Assembly: GCA_021796455.1 (NCBI GenBank)
Contig: JAKACA010000004.1
Coordinates: forward strand, 1-48,796
DNA: 48,796 bases
Source: Actinomycetes bacterium
GTDB lineage: Bacteria; Actinomycetota; Acidimicrobiia; Acidimicrobiales; Bog-793
Direction: 5' to 3'
The translations under genes and the position numbers were made by a program. The notes beneath the pieces were generated by a model. It was not told the origin of the DNA. It saw only the letters and a program-made list of their open reading frames with translations, and made no database searches. Each line of letters starts with the position of its first letter. Position 1 is the stretch's first letter. This document shows, one piece after another, positions 8,794 to 17,576 of the stretch.

Positions 8794-10424
8794 TCGAGCC
8801 AGACCACGCCAAAGTTGTAATTGTCCAAGGACACTCCGACCTTCGACGGCAGCAAGCCATTGACGTTAGCTCTATAGCCGTCTATCACGGGGGGGAAATA
8901 TGGTATTATATACCCTCCTTCGTCGTAGTCTATAAGTTGCATCTCATGAATTATCTCTGTCCTCTTCGTGATATCTACAGTCCGAAGGGCTTCACTGTAG
9001 AGCAAGTCATAGCGACGATTGGCGAAATGGCATTCGTTGAAAGGCGCATTCGGCAGCGTCGCATCGCTTACCTGCGGCAAATAGTAAGCCGAGTACCAGT
9101 AGTCTTGGGCGAATGTCCATTTCAGGTAGTCACTCCCATAGAAGTCCGTCACGGTCACATTGCTGATCTCGACCGTCACGCCCGCCGCCGATGCCTGCTG
9201 GGCGAACACCTCGGCCGCGAGCACCGTACCTTGCGCAATATTGCTCGTGACAAGCTTCACCTTCAGATTGGACCGACCCGCAGCTTTGAGCAGGGATCTC
9301 GCTCGAGCGAGATCCTGCTGCCGCTGCGCGATTGCGTGATCGTATGACGGATCCCAGATGGAGAACAGGTCGTTACCAATTGTCCCCTTCCCGCCGAATA
9401 CGAGATCCATCATCTGCCTGCGATCAACTATGTAGCGCATGGCTTGGCGAACGCGGACGTCGTCGAAAGGCGGCATGTCGACGCGCATGGTAAACGGCGT
9501 CCACCCGCCGCCGTCAGCAATGAGGAGCTTGCCGCCGGATGAAGTCACCGTCGACATAGCTGCAACAGACAAGAGGTTTACCACGTCAAACTGCCCAGAT
9601 GCGAGGCCGTTTACCTGAGCAGTCTCGTCTGTTACGTCTATGAGAATGAGCTTGTCGACATAGGGAAGTCCCGATCTCCAGTAACTGTCGTACTTGAGAA
9701 AGACGCTCTGGACGCCGGGCGTGAAGGAACCGAACCTGAAGGGACCTGTCCCCACAGGTCGTGCCGGGTTGAAGCCGACCGGCACGATGTTCCCGTATCC
9801 TACCTGGGCAATCGTCTCTACGAAGGTAGAGAAAGGTACGTGGCAGGGTACGCGTACGGTCAGCTTGTCGAGCTTTTTCATCCCGGCCACATTCACCGGC
9901 ACGAGCCCAGGTGCGCCGGGCTTTGGCGCCTTGGGGTTCACCTCGCGTTGGAAGCTGTAGATGATATCGTCCGCAGTGAGATCCTTGCCATTGTGAAACG
10001 TGATGCCCGGGCGAAGACGGATGACCCACTCAGTCGCGTCCGTGTTGGGTGTGATTGACTCTGCTAGCACGAGCTGTACCTGCGACGAGCGGTTCATGCC
10101 GGCAAGCGGCTCAAAGAGCGAGTTGATACGAGCAAAGTCGGCGTTGGTGACAGGAGCCTGCCCGTCAAGGGTATCCGAGCTCGAGCCCCCGCTGATACCG
10201 CCGGTGAGTACACCCCCGCGCTTCGGGGTCTTGGAAAGAGATTGAGGCTCCGCTGCACGCACCCGTGACAGCGCGTTCCCAGTCCTTGCTAGCGCTCTGA
10301 TAGCCGGGATGGAGGCGGCAGCTGCTCCCCCAGCAAGCAGCTCCCGGCGGCTGAACCGTGCCTTGTAGATGCCTGCGTCGGTGTCCGTCGTCGCCAGACT
10401 ATCTGGTCTTACATGCTCGCCCAT
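8790..10424 (-). CDS. ABC transporter solute-binding protein, family 5, Tat signal (SBP-2)
   Basis: SRRELL twin-arginine, KRGGVL, LRPGITFHNGK, PVGTGPFR and PFDDVRVRQAM. GAGGGG RBS-like sequence upstream. Confidence 0.9.
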   Translation of the reverse strand: MGEHVRPDSLATTDTDAGIYKARFSRRELLAGGAAAASIPAIRALARTGNALSRVRAAEPQSLSKTPKRGGVLTGGISGGSSSDTLDGQAPVTNADFARINSLFEPLAGMNRSSQVQLVLAESITPNTDATEWVIRLRPGITFHNGKDLTADDIIYSFQREVNPKAPKPGAPGLVPVNVAGMKKLDKLTVRVPCHVPFSTFVETIAQVGYGNIVPVGFNPARPVGTGPFRFGSFTPGVQSVFLKYDSYWRSGLPYVDKLILIDVTDETAQVNGLASGQFDVVNLLSVAAMSTVTSSGGKLLIADGGGWTPFTMRVDMPPFDDVRVRQAMRYIVDRRQMMDLVFGGKGTIGNDLFSIWDPSYDHAIAQRQQDLARARSLLKAAGRSNLKVKLVTSNIAQGTVLAAEVFAQQASAAGVTVEISNVTVTDFYGSDYLKWTFAQDYWYSAYYLPQVSDATLPNAPFNECHFANRRYDLLYSEALRTVDITKRTEIIHEMQLIDYDEGGYIIPYFPPVIDGYRANVNGLLPSKVGVSLDNYNFGVVWLD

Positions 10425-10525
10425 AAGGTCTTGCCCCCTCCATTTGGTGAACGCGCCCCGTATGAATCGCGTCTGGATCCCCTACGCACCTTTTGCTCTC
10501 ACTGCCTCGATAGGCTCGCGCCGTC

Positions 10526-11305
10526 ATGCGCGAAGCCGGGGAGGCTGCCAATCGAAACGATCGGAGTCAGACAGTCGAACGCGCCCTTGGTCTCCTCGAT
10601 CTCGTAGCCTCGAGCGCCGTTCCGCTCACGACCCAGCAGCTCGCCGCTCTGAGCGGTCTTGCCCGGCCAACCGCCTACCGTCTTCTTCTCACCCTCGAGC
10701 AGCTTGGCTATCTCGACAGACTCCAGGATCACGCTTTTGCTCTCGGCTATAAGGCGACCCGCATGTCGGGCGTCCGCGGGTCTCAGCAGGCGCTCGCCCG
10801 CCGGGCCAGACCCGTTCTCGAAACCATCACGGCGGAGCTCTGCGATACCGTCAACCTGAGCGTCCCGGTCGGCACCGCTGTAGTTGAGATCGATCAGGTT
10901 GACCCTCCCCACCCCGTCAGGCAGATGAACTACATCAACGTGGCATTCCCCCTGCACTGCAGCTCCAACGGCAAGGTGATGCTCGCAAGCTTGTCGCCGT
11001 CGGAGCTCGAGTCCTTCCTGTCTCGCCCGCTCGAGCGCCGGACGTCGAGAACTGTCACCGACGCTGCAGCGCTGCGCGAACAGCTCGGCCGCGTTCGCGA
11101 GGACGGCTTCGGAACCTGTGTCGCCGAGCTCTACGACGGGATCAACGGCGTCTCGGCCGCCGTGGTCGACGAGAACCGTGCTCCGATCGCCTTCGTAAGC
11201 GTGTCGGGCCCCTCTTTCCGCCTGCCGGAGCAACGACTGAAGGAAGCCGCTCAGGTCGTGATCGAGGCGTGCGACGCAATCCGTCAACTTGTTCTACCCC
11301 CCTAG
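10526..11305 (+). CDS. IclR family transcriptional regulator
   Basis: QTVERALGLL...GLARPTAYRLLLTLEQLGYL HTH; PLHCSSNGKVMLA; VSVSGPSFR. Confidence 0.92.
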   Translation: MREAGEAANRNDRSQTVERALGLLDLVASSAVPLTTQQLAALSGLARPTAYRLLLTLEQLGYLDRLQDHAFALGYKATRMSGVRGSQQALARRARPVLETITAELCDTVNLSVPVGTAVVEIDQVDPPHPVRQMNYINVAFPLHCSSNGKVMLASLSPSELESFLSRPLERRTSRTVTDAAALREQLGRVREDGFGTCVAELYDGINGVSAAVVDENRAPIAFVSVSGPSFRLPEQRLKEAAQVVIEACDAIRQLVLPP

Positions 11306-11321
11306 CTGGACAATCGGTCTT

Positions 11322-11359
11322 GGTGTCCATTATATGGACACCTCGCTCATTAGATGAGC
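11322..11359. promoter_or_regulatory. Two tandem palindromic operators (IclR-like geometry)
   Basis: Perfect GGTGTCCAT-TAT-ATGGACACC (11322-11342) followed by GCTCAT-TAG-ATGAGC (11345-11359); both have a CAT-N3-ATG core. Confidence 0.65.
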
Positions 11360-11457
11360 AAAATAGCAGCTACCGTGACGGTCGTCAAGCTGGTCGCGCG
11401 CGAGGTCTTGGCCCTAGAGAGCGGGAGGGACGGATGCAACTTCGGAGGAGCTGGAGC

Positions 11458-12276
11458 TCAAGGCTCCCCGAGCACGGCGCCGTAGCGGCCGTCTCTCCAG
11501 GCGAGCGCCGCTCTCAACCCCTCTGAGTTCACGATCCGGTCAAACTCCTGCTGCTCGGGCGAGTCGAGCGAGTTCAGTATTGCCGAGAGATCGAGGTTCG
11601 CCTGCACAGCCTGTTCGAGGCCCGCGGCCTGCCACGCACGCTTTAGCGCGAGCTTGGTGAACTTGAGGACTTCCAAGGGAGCGAGCGCTATGCGCGTCGC
11701 GAGGTCTCGCCCCACTGACTCGACCTGCGCCGATGGCGCGACCTTGTTGACGAGCCCGAGCCTCTCTGCTTCCAGGGCATCGACGACATTGCCCGTGAAC
11801 AGGAGCTCGTTCGTCTTCTTCTGGCCGAGCACGAAGGGCATGAGAAGAGTGACTGGGCCCGAGCCATACCTGATCTCCGGCTCTCCAAAGCGCGCGTCGT
11901 CGGCGGCGATGATCATGTCGCATGCCATCGCGAGCTCACAAGCACCCGCCAGGCACCAGCCACGTACGACGGCGACCGTGGGCTTTGGAAAGGACCACAG
12001 CGCCATCGTCATCTCGACGTCACGCGCGAGAGTCTGGTGCCACCTGGCGGCCCCGGTGATCCGGTCGTTCGCCTCCGCGACGAGGTCGAAGCCGGAGGAG
12101 AACGATGAGCCTGCCCCCGCGATGAGAAGTACCTTCACTTCGTCGTCCGCCGCGGCTTCACGCAGCCTTGCGCCCATGGCATCGACGACGGCGTCGTTCA
12201 TGGCGTTGAGCTTCTCGGGCCGGTTGATTGTGATGAAGCCGAGTGGTCCTTCCCTGTTGTAGACAACTACGCTCAC
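11458..12276 (-). CDS. Enoyl-CoA hydratase/isomerase (crotonase) family protein
   Basis: ITINRPEKLNAM, FSSGFDL, GWCLAGACELAMACD and FGEPE. GTG start at 12276 just after the upstream stop, with GGAGG upstream. Confidence 0.9.
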   Translation of the reverse strand: MSVVVYNREGPLGFITINRPEKLNAMNDAVVDAMGARLREAAADDEVKVLLIAGAGSSFSSGFDLVAEANDRITGAARWHQTLARDVEMTMALWSFPKPTVAVVRGWCLAGACELAMACDMIIAADDARFGEPEIRYGSGPVTLLMPFVLGQKKTNELLFTGNVVDALEAERLGLVNKVAPSAQVESVGRDLATRIALAPLEVLKFTKLALKRAWQAAGLEQAVQANLDLSAILNSLDSPEQQEFDRIVNSEGLRAALAWRDGRYGAVLGEP

Positions 12277-12280
12277 GGTG

Positions 12281-14404
12281 TCAGGCTCTCCTCCCGGCGC
12301 GAGCGCCGTCTTCGGACCAGTCATCGCGGACAACGACCAACGCGTCGACGGCAACTATGCCTTCGCGTCCGACCACGAAAGGATTCACGTCTATCGCCTC
12401 GATCTCCTCGTGCTCGACGGCAATCAGCGACAGTGCAAGCAGTGCCGCGACGAGCTGTTCGTGCGCGACACTGCCAACCACGCGCTCGAGCCACGGCACC
12501 TCCGTGATGAGCTCCTCTGCCGTCGCGCGCGACAAAGGGGCCAGCGCGAGAGAGCCCAGCTCGGTCATCTCGGCGAGCGCGCCGCCGGCACCTAGGGCGA
12601 TCACCGGGCCGAAGCTCTGGTCGCGGTGCATGCCGCAGATGAGCTCCGGACCCGGAAGGACCTGGCGCGCGACGAGGACTGCCCCGTCCTCACCAGCGAT
12701 CCGTCGAACAGCCGCTTCGACCGCGGATGCGCTCTCGAGACCGAGAACGACTCCGCCAAGCGCGCTCTTGTGCGCGGGCCCGTCCAGCTTGACGACGACG
12801 GGAAAACCGAGCTGTTCGGCCGCCTCAGCCGCCTGTGCGGCGCCCTTGGCACGAGCCCGTTGCACGACCTCGATGCCGTAGCGCTCGAGGACCTGGGCCG
12901 ATTCGTGCTCTGGCATGGGACCGCTTCTCAAGAGATCGGCTATCTCGACGCCCGAGCGGCTGGGCGTCGGTGGCGGTTGTCGTGGCGTCCATGAGGCAAC
13001 TGCATCAAGAGCGCGCGCTGCCGCGCCGATGCCCCGGAGCAGGGCCAGGTCCGCTTGACGCGCGAAAGCGGCGATGTGCGGCGGTGGATCGTTGGCTTGG
13101 GACGAGACCACCGCGCCGAAGAGGTCTCGCCCGTCCACGGCTGCAGCCAGGGAACGGACGACTGTCTCGCACCAGCTCTGGTCGCGGTTGCTTCTGTACT
13201 GCGTCAGGTCCACCTGGGCCACGAGCACATCGAAGGCGCCTGAGGCGGCCAGCATCTCGAGCGAACGCGGGAAGACCTTGTCGGCTTCGTCGACAGCCCA
13301 GGCATCGAGTGGATTGCCCGGCTTGACGAAGTTCGGGAATTCCCGCTCCAGTCCCTGGGCAAGCTCGCGGGGAAGATCCTCCACGACAAGGCCGTTCGCG
13401 TGGGCGTGGTCCGCCAGCAGCTCCGCCTCACCGCCGGACTCAGAAATGGCTCCGATTCGCCTGCCCTTCGGCCAGCGCTGTCGACCAAGGATCTCAAGCG
13501 TCTCCACCATGTCGCAGAGATCGTCGACTTCGATGACCCCGTGCGCTCGCAAGAAGGCGGAGGTGGCTCGGGCGGAGCCGACCAGTGCCCCGCTATGAGC
13601 CAGGGCGACCCTGAGCGCGGCCTCCGAGCGCCCAGCCTTGAGGCAGACGACGGGTTTCCCGGACTCCGCGCACGACACGAGCGCTTTAGAGAAGACTTCA
13701 GGACGTCGTATCGTCTCAAGGAACAAGCCGACTGAGCGCGACTCCTCGTCTTTCGCGAAGTAGGCGAGGTAATCCGCGGCGTCTCGATTGAGCTCCCCGC
13801 CCGAGGAGATGATGGCCCGGAATCCGACCCGTCCTCCGAGCGAGACAAGACCCTCTGCGACCGAGCCTGACTCGGCTACCACCGAGACCGAGCCGCCCGC
13901 GAGGCTCGCGGGGATGCTTCCGATCCAAAGCGATACCTGGCCGGGACGAACATAGCCCATGCAGTTCGTGCCCAGAACCGCCACATCTGCCTGGGCCGTG
14001 ATGTCTCGGAGCTTGGAAGCGATCTCAGCACCCTCCCGGCCGGCCTCGGCACCGACTCCAGGAACGACAAGTCCTCGGACCCCGCCCGCTATCGCCTCCT
14101 CGGCCGCCGCAAGAACCCGCTTGTGCGAGACGAGCAGCACCGCGACCTCGGGTCGTTCAGGCAGTGAAGCAACCGAGGCAAAGCAGGCTGTGCCGAGCAC
14201 GGTGTCGTGATTGGGGTTGACGAGAAACGTCCTCGTCGGTGACGAGACGGCGTTCGCGACAACCGTCGGCGCCCGCTCACTCGCGCCGACGAGGACGACC
14301 GAGCGAGGAGCGAGGAGTCCAGCGACGTCGCGAACGGCCGGTTCGGCCGCCTGGTCAAGGGAGTCAGGTATCGGATCTTCGACACCTCCCGGCGGTGATG
14401 ACAC
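12281..14404 (-). CDS. ADP-forming acyl-CoA synthetase (acetate--CoA ligase family; CoA-binding + ATP-grasp, fused)
   Basis: PRSVVLVGAS, LGTNCMG, phospho-His region ALAHSGALVG, GNPLDAW, GFPVVVK..AHKSALGGV, FGPVIALG and DVNPF. Confidence 0.88.
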   Translation of the reverse strand: MSSPPGGVEDPIPDSLDQAAEPAVRDVAGLLAPRSVVLVGASERAPTVVANAVSSPTRTFLVNPNHDTVLGTACFASVASLPERPEVAVLLVSHKRVLAAAEEAIAGGVRGLVVPGVGAEAGREGAEIASKLRDITAQADVAVLGTNCMGYVRPGQVSLWIGSIPASLAGGSVSVVAESGSVAEGLVSLGGRVGFRAIISSGGELNRDAADYLAYFAKDEESRSVGLFLETIRRPEVFSKALVSCAESGKPVVCLKAGRSEAALRVALAHSGALVGSARATSAFLRAHGVIEVDDLCDMVETLEILGRQRWPKGRRIGAISESGGEAELLADHAHANGLVVEDLPRELAQGLEREFPNFVKPGNPLDAWAVDEADKVFPRSLEMLAASGAFDVLVAQVDLTQYRSNRDQSWCETVVRSLAAAVDGRDLFGAVVSSQANDPPPHIAAFARQADLALLRGIGAAARALDAVASWTPRQPPPTPSRSGVEIADLLRSGPMPEHESAQVLERYGIEVVQRARAKGAAQAAEAAEQLGFPVVVKLDGPAHKSALGGVVLGLESASAVEAAVRRIAGEDGAVLVARQVLPGPELICGMHRDQSFGPVIALGAGGALAEMTELGSLALAPLSRATAEELITEVPWLERVVGSVAHEQLVAALLALSLIAVEHEEIEAIDVNPFVVGREGIVAVDALVVVRDDWSEDGARAGRRA

Positions 14405-14405
14405 C

Positions 14406-16013
14406 TCAGCTGAGCCACAAGATCTTGAAGTCGTAGTTGAAAAGCGGGCGACCGACCTTGGCGGGAGCTACGCCATGCACCTTCGTGGTATGGCCGTCGA
14501 TCAGCGGTGGAAAGTACGGGATGATGTAACCGCCGGACTCGTAGTCGATGCGCTGCATCTCGTGGGCTATCTCGCTTCGCTTGGCGCCATCGACAGTCGC
14601 GAGCGCCTGGTTGTAAAGATCGATGTAGTGAGGATCGTCCCAGTGGGTCTCGTTGTACGGCGACGCCGGGAGAGTAGCAAAGCCAACCTGGGGCAGGTAG
14701 CCGTAGTAGCCCCAGAAGTCCTGGGCGAACGTCCACTTGAGATAATTCGGCCCGAAGAATGCCGTCGGCGTGACTTTGTTCAGGGCGACCTTAACGCCCG
14801 CGGCGCTCGCCTGCTGGGCGAACACCTCGGCGGCCTGGACGACACCTTCCGCGATGTCGCCAGTCACGATCTGTGTCGAGAGGTGCTCGTGGCCGGCCCT
14901 CTTCAAGAGATACTTCGCCTGCGCGATGTCCTGCTCGCGCTGGGGCAACGCGCGGTCGTACTCCGGATCGAAGATGCCAAAGACGTCGTTGCCCAACGTA
15001 CCGTAGCCCCCGAACACGACCTCCATCATCTGCCTCCGGTTCACGATCAACCGGAACGCCTGGCGCACTCGTACATCGCTGAAGGGGGCCTGGTCGACAC
15101 GCATGGTGAACGGCGTCCAGCCCCCGCCGTCAGAGATGACCACATCTGCGCCGCCGGAGCGGATACCGGCAATCGCGGGAGCCGAGAGGAGGTTCACGAC
15201 GTCGGCCTGGCCCGCAAGGAGCGCGTTGATCTGGCTGGTCTCGTCTGGGTAGTCGCTTATGACAACGGAGTCGACATAGGGCAGGCCATGCTGCCAGTAG
15301 TTGCTGTTCCTGATGAACGTGCTCTGCACTCCGGGGGTGAACGACTCGAACTTGAACGGCCCGGTGCCAACTGGATGGCGGGGGTCGAAGCCGACTGGGA
15401 TGATGCTGTAGTAGTAGAGGGGCATCGTCTCGTAAAATGTCGCGAACGGCCGCTTGCATGGGACTCGCACAGTGAGTTTGTCGAGCTTCTTCATGGCCCC
15501 GGCGTCCACGAAACTGATGGCGCTTGCCCCGGCCGCCGGTGCTTTCGGATCGAGGATCTGCCGGAAGGTATAGATGACGTCGTCAGCAGTGAGCGGCTTG
15601 CCATTGTGGAACTCGACACCAGAGCGCAGTCGGATGGTCCAGGCGGTCGCGTCGGAGTTGGGCGTGATCTCCTCCGCGAGTGCCAGCACCGGGCCCGCGT
15701 CCCGGTCCATTGCTACGAGGGAATCGTAGAGCTGGTAAACCCTTGCATAGTCCGTCTCGTTCAACGGGTTCAGGGGATCCACGGTGTCCGAGCTCGTTCC
15801 CCCTGAGAGACCGGCTCGAAGTGTCCCGCCCCTGCGCGCTTTGTTGGCCGTCACGTATGGGTCCGTGACGTTCGACCTGACAGAGCCGCGCGGCCTGATA
15901 AGCGACTGTGCGCCCAGCAGTACGCCGGCACCGACCGAGCCGGTGAGAAACTCTCTCCTCGAAAGCGAGGTGGCATGTAAGCCGGCTCCGCTGTGCCCTT
16001 CCAACTGTGCCAT
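14406..16013 (-). CDS. ABC transporter solute-binding protein, family 5, Tat signal (SBP-3)
   Basis: SRREFL twin-arginine, RRGGTLR, LRSGVEFHNGK, PVGTGPFK and PFSDVRVRQAF. ATG 16013 with AAGGGGAG RBS. Confidence 0.9.
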   Translation of the reverse strand: MAQLEGHSGAGLHATSLSRREFLTGSVGAGVLLGAQSLIRPRGSVRSNVTDPYVTANKARRGGTLRAGLSGGTSSDTVDPLNPLNETDYARVYQLYDSLVAMDRDAGPVLALAEEITPNSDATAWTIRLRSGVEFHNGKPLTADDVIYTFRQILDPKAPAAGASAISFVDAGAMKKLDKLTVRVPCKRPFATFYETMPLYYYSIIPVGFDPRHPVGTGPFKFESFTPGVQSTFIRNSNYWQHGLPYVDSVVISDYPDETSQINALLAGQADVVNLLSAPAIAGIRSGGADVVISDGGGWTPFTMRVDQAPFSDVRVRQAFRLIVNRRQMMEVVFGGYGTLGNDVFGIFDPEYDRALPQREQDIAQAKYLLKRAGHEHLSTQIVTGDIAEGVVQAAEVFAQQASAAGVKVALNKVTPTAFFGPNYLKWTFAQDFWGYYGYLPQVGFATLPASPYNETHWDDPHYIDLYNQALATVDGAKRSEIAHEMQRIDYESGGYIIPYFPPLIDGHTTKVHGVAPAKVGRPLFNYDFKILWLS

Positions 16014-16057
16014 GAGCACGACTCCCCTTGAAAGACTTGGCTGAACTGTCCTGCACA

Positions 16058-16081
16058 AGACTAACTACCGTTTGTTAGTCT
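16058..16081. promoter_or_regulatory. Palindromic operator in the divergent SBP-3/TetR promoter region
   Basis: Perfect inverted repeat AGACTAAC-N8-GTTAGTCT, 10 nt upstream of the TetR start. Confidence 0.7.
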
Positions 16082-16091
16082 AGTCAACACC

Positions 16092-16751
16092 ATGGTGGAC
16101 GTGCGGCTGCCGCGGGCAGAGCAGGTGAAGGTTCGCCCGGCCGGGACCGAGGAGCTCACGACCCGCGACCGCATCGTCGAGGTCGCGGCGCGCCTCTTCC
16201 ACCAGTACGGGTATCACGCCACGACGATGCGACAGATCGCCGGCGGCGTCGGCATCAAGGCCGCCAGTCTCTACAACCATTTCGCCAGCAAGCAAGAGCT
16301 CCTAACTACGATCTCCTACGGCACCATGTGCGAGATGCTCGCCTCGGTACAGACGGCACTGGCCGGGGTGCGCGATCCAGGCGAGCAGCTGCGTGCATTC
16401 GTCCGAGCCCATACCACCTACTGCATCGCCGAGCGGTATCGAGCTCGGGTCGCCGACGAGCTCCGCGACCTCGATCCGGAGAACCTCCTCGACGTCGTCG
16501 CGATGCGGGACCGCTACGAGGCTGTGCTGCGGGGCATCCTTGCGGCCCTCGACGCCTCGAGCGGCGGTGCTGTTGGGGACGTCACGCTCGTCGCGAACGC
16601 GATCGGCACGATGGCGAGCCAGGTGTCGACGTGGTACCGAGACGACGGGCGCCTGAGTCCCGACGAGATCGCCGATGTGTACGCCGCTCTGGCCCTGGGC
16701 GCTGCTCTGGCTGGCGTGAGCCAGTCAGGGGCCCGCGCACGCCCACGATGA
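16092..16751 (+). CDS. TetR/AcrR family regulator (KstR2-like C-terminal domain)
   Basis: RIVEVAARLFHQYGYHATTMRQIAGGVGIKAASLYNHFASKQELL and WYRDDGRLSPDEIAD. Confidence 0.92.
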   Translation: MVDVRLPRAEQVKVRPAGTEELTTRDRIVEVAARLFHQYGYHATTMRQIAGGVGIKAASLYNHFASKQELLTTISYGTMCEMLASVQTALAGVRDPGEQLRAFVRAHTTYCIAERYRARVADELRDLDPENLLDVVAMRDRYEAVLRGILAALDASSGGAVGDVTLVANAIGTMASQVSTWYRDDGRLSPDEIADVYAALALGAALAGVSQSGARARPR

Positions 16752-16759
16752 CCTGCCGC

Positions 16760-17560
16760 CTAGGTCCGGCCGTCGCCCTCTGGCACCGCGAGCTGAGGTC
16801 GCTGCTGCAGCGAGGCATAGGCGAGCTGCTCGACGAACAGAGCAACCGCTTTCGATGACTCTGCCGCGGCGTCGATCGCTCGCTTGGCCAACGACGTCGC
16901 AAGCGGCGGCAGGTGAGCCAGCTCACCGGCTAGGGCGAGCGCCCTGTCCAGGCTTTCTCCGACCGGTGTCACCTCGGTCAACAGTCCCAACCTGAGCGCG
17001 TCGGCAGCGGACAAGCGCGGGCGACCGAGGATCAGCTCGCGCGCCTTTGCCGTGCCGAGCATCGTGACCAGCCGGTAGATGCCTCCCGAGCTCGGCACGA
17101 TGCCGATGCCGACCTCGGGAAAGCCGAAAGTGGCCGACTCGTCGGCAACCCGCAGGTCCGTAGCGAGCGCTAGCTCGAGGCCACCTCCGAGGCAGTAGCC
17201 GCTGATGGCGCTCACGCTTGGCTGGCGCAACGACGCCAGCTTTTCATATACGCCACCGCTCCTCGCGTAGTACTCGAAGACAGCCGCGGGATCGAGGGCC
17301 GCAATCTCGGAGAGATCCGCTCCAGCCGAGAACACGTCGGATCCACCTGTCAGCACGACACAACGACTCGAACGCACTTCTTCGGTCTCGAGCGCATCGG
17401 CGAGTGCCGACTCCATGTGTGTCGAAAGAGCGTTCAGCTTCCGTCGTCTATCTAGACGCAGTACCGCCACCGAGCCGCTCACGAAGACGCGCACGTTCCC
17501 GTCGCTCGCCGCAGCCGGTTCGGCGGGTGCGTGACCACCCGACGGCCGGACCTCGCTCAT
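16760..17560 (-). CDS. Enoyl-CoA hydratase/isomerase (crotonase) family protein
   Basis: LDRRRKLNALS, FSAGADL, GYCLGGGLELALATD and FGFPEVGIGIVPSSGG. Start moved to ATG 17560, downstream of the acyl-CoA dehydrogenase stop. Confidence 0.88.
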   Translation of the reverse strand: MSEVRPSGGHAPAEPAAASDGNVRVFVSGSVAVLRLDRRRKLNALSTHMESALADALETEEVRSSRCVVLTGGSDVFSAGADLSEIAALDPAAVFEYYARSGGVYEKLASLRQPSVSAISGYCLGGGLELALATDLRVADESATFGFPEVGIGIVPSSGGIYRLVTMLGTAKARELILGRPRLSAADALRLGLLTEVTPVGESLDRALALAGELAHLPPLATSLAKRAIDAAAESSKAVALFVEQLAYASLQQRPQLAVPEGDGRT

Positions 17561-17576
17561 AGACAGAGAGCTTCTG

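Noticed and set aside
14211-15806. 531-aa + strand ORF, and similar long antisense or alternate-frame ORFs (605-1576, 25147-26187, 28226-29764, 38820-40052, 45334-46491)
   Set aside because: Shadow frames of well-supported genes. Stop-poor alternate frames are expected in high-GC DNA, and these have no motifs.
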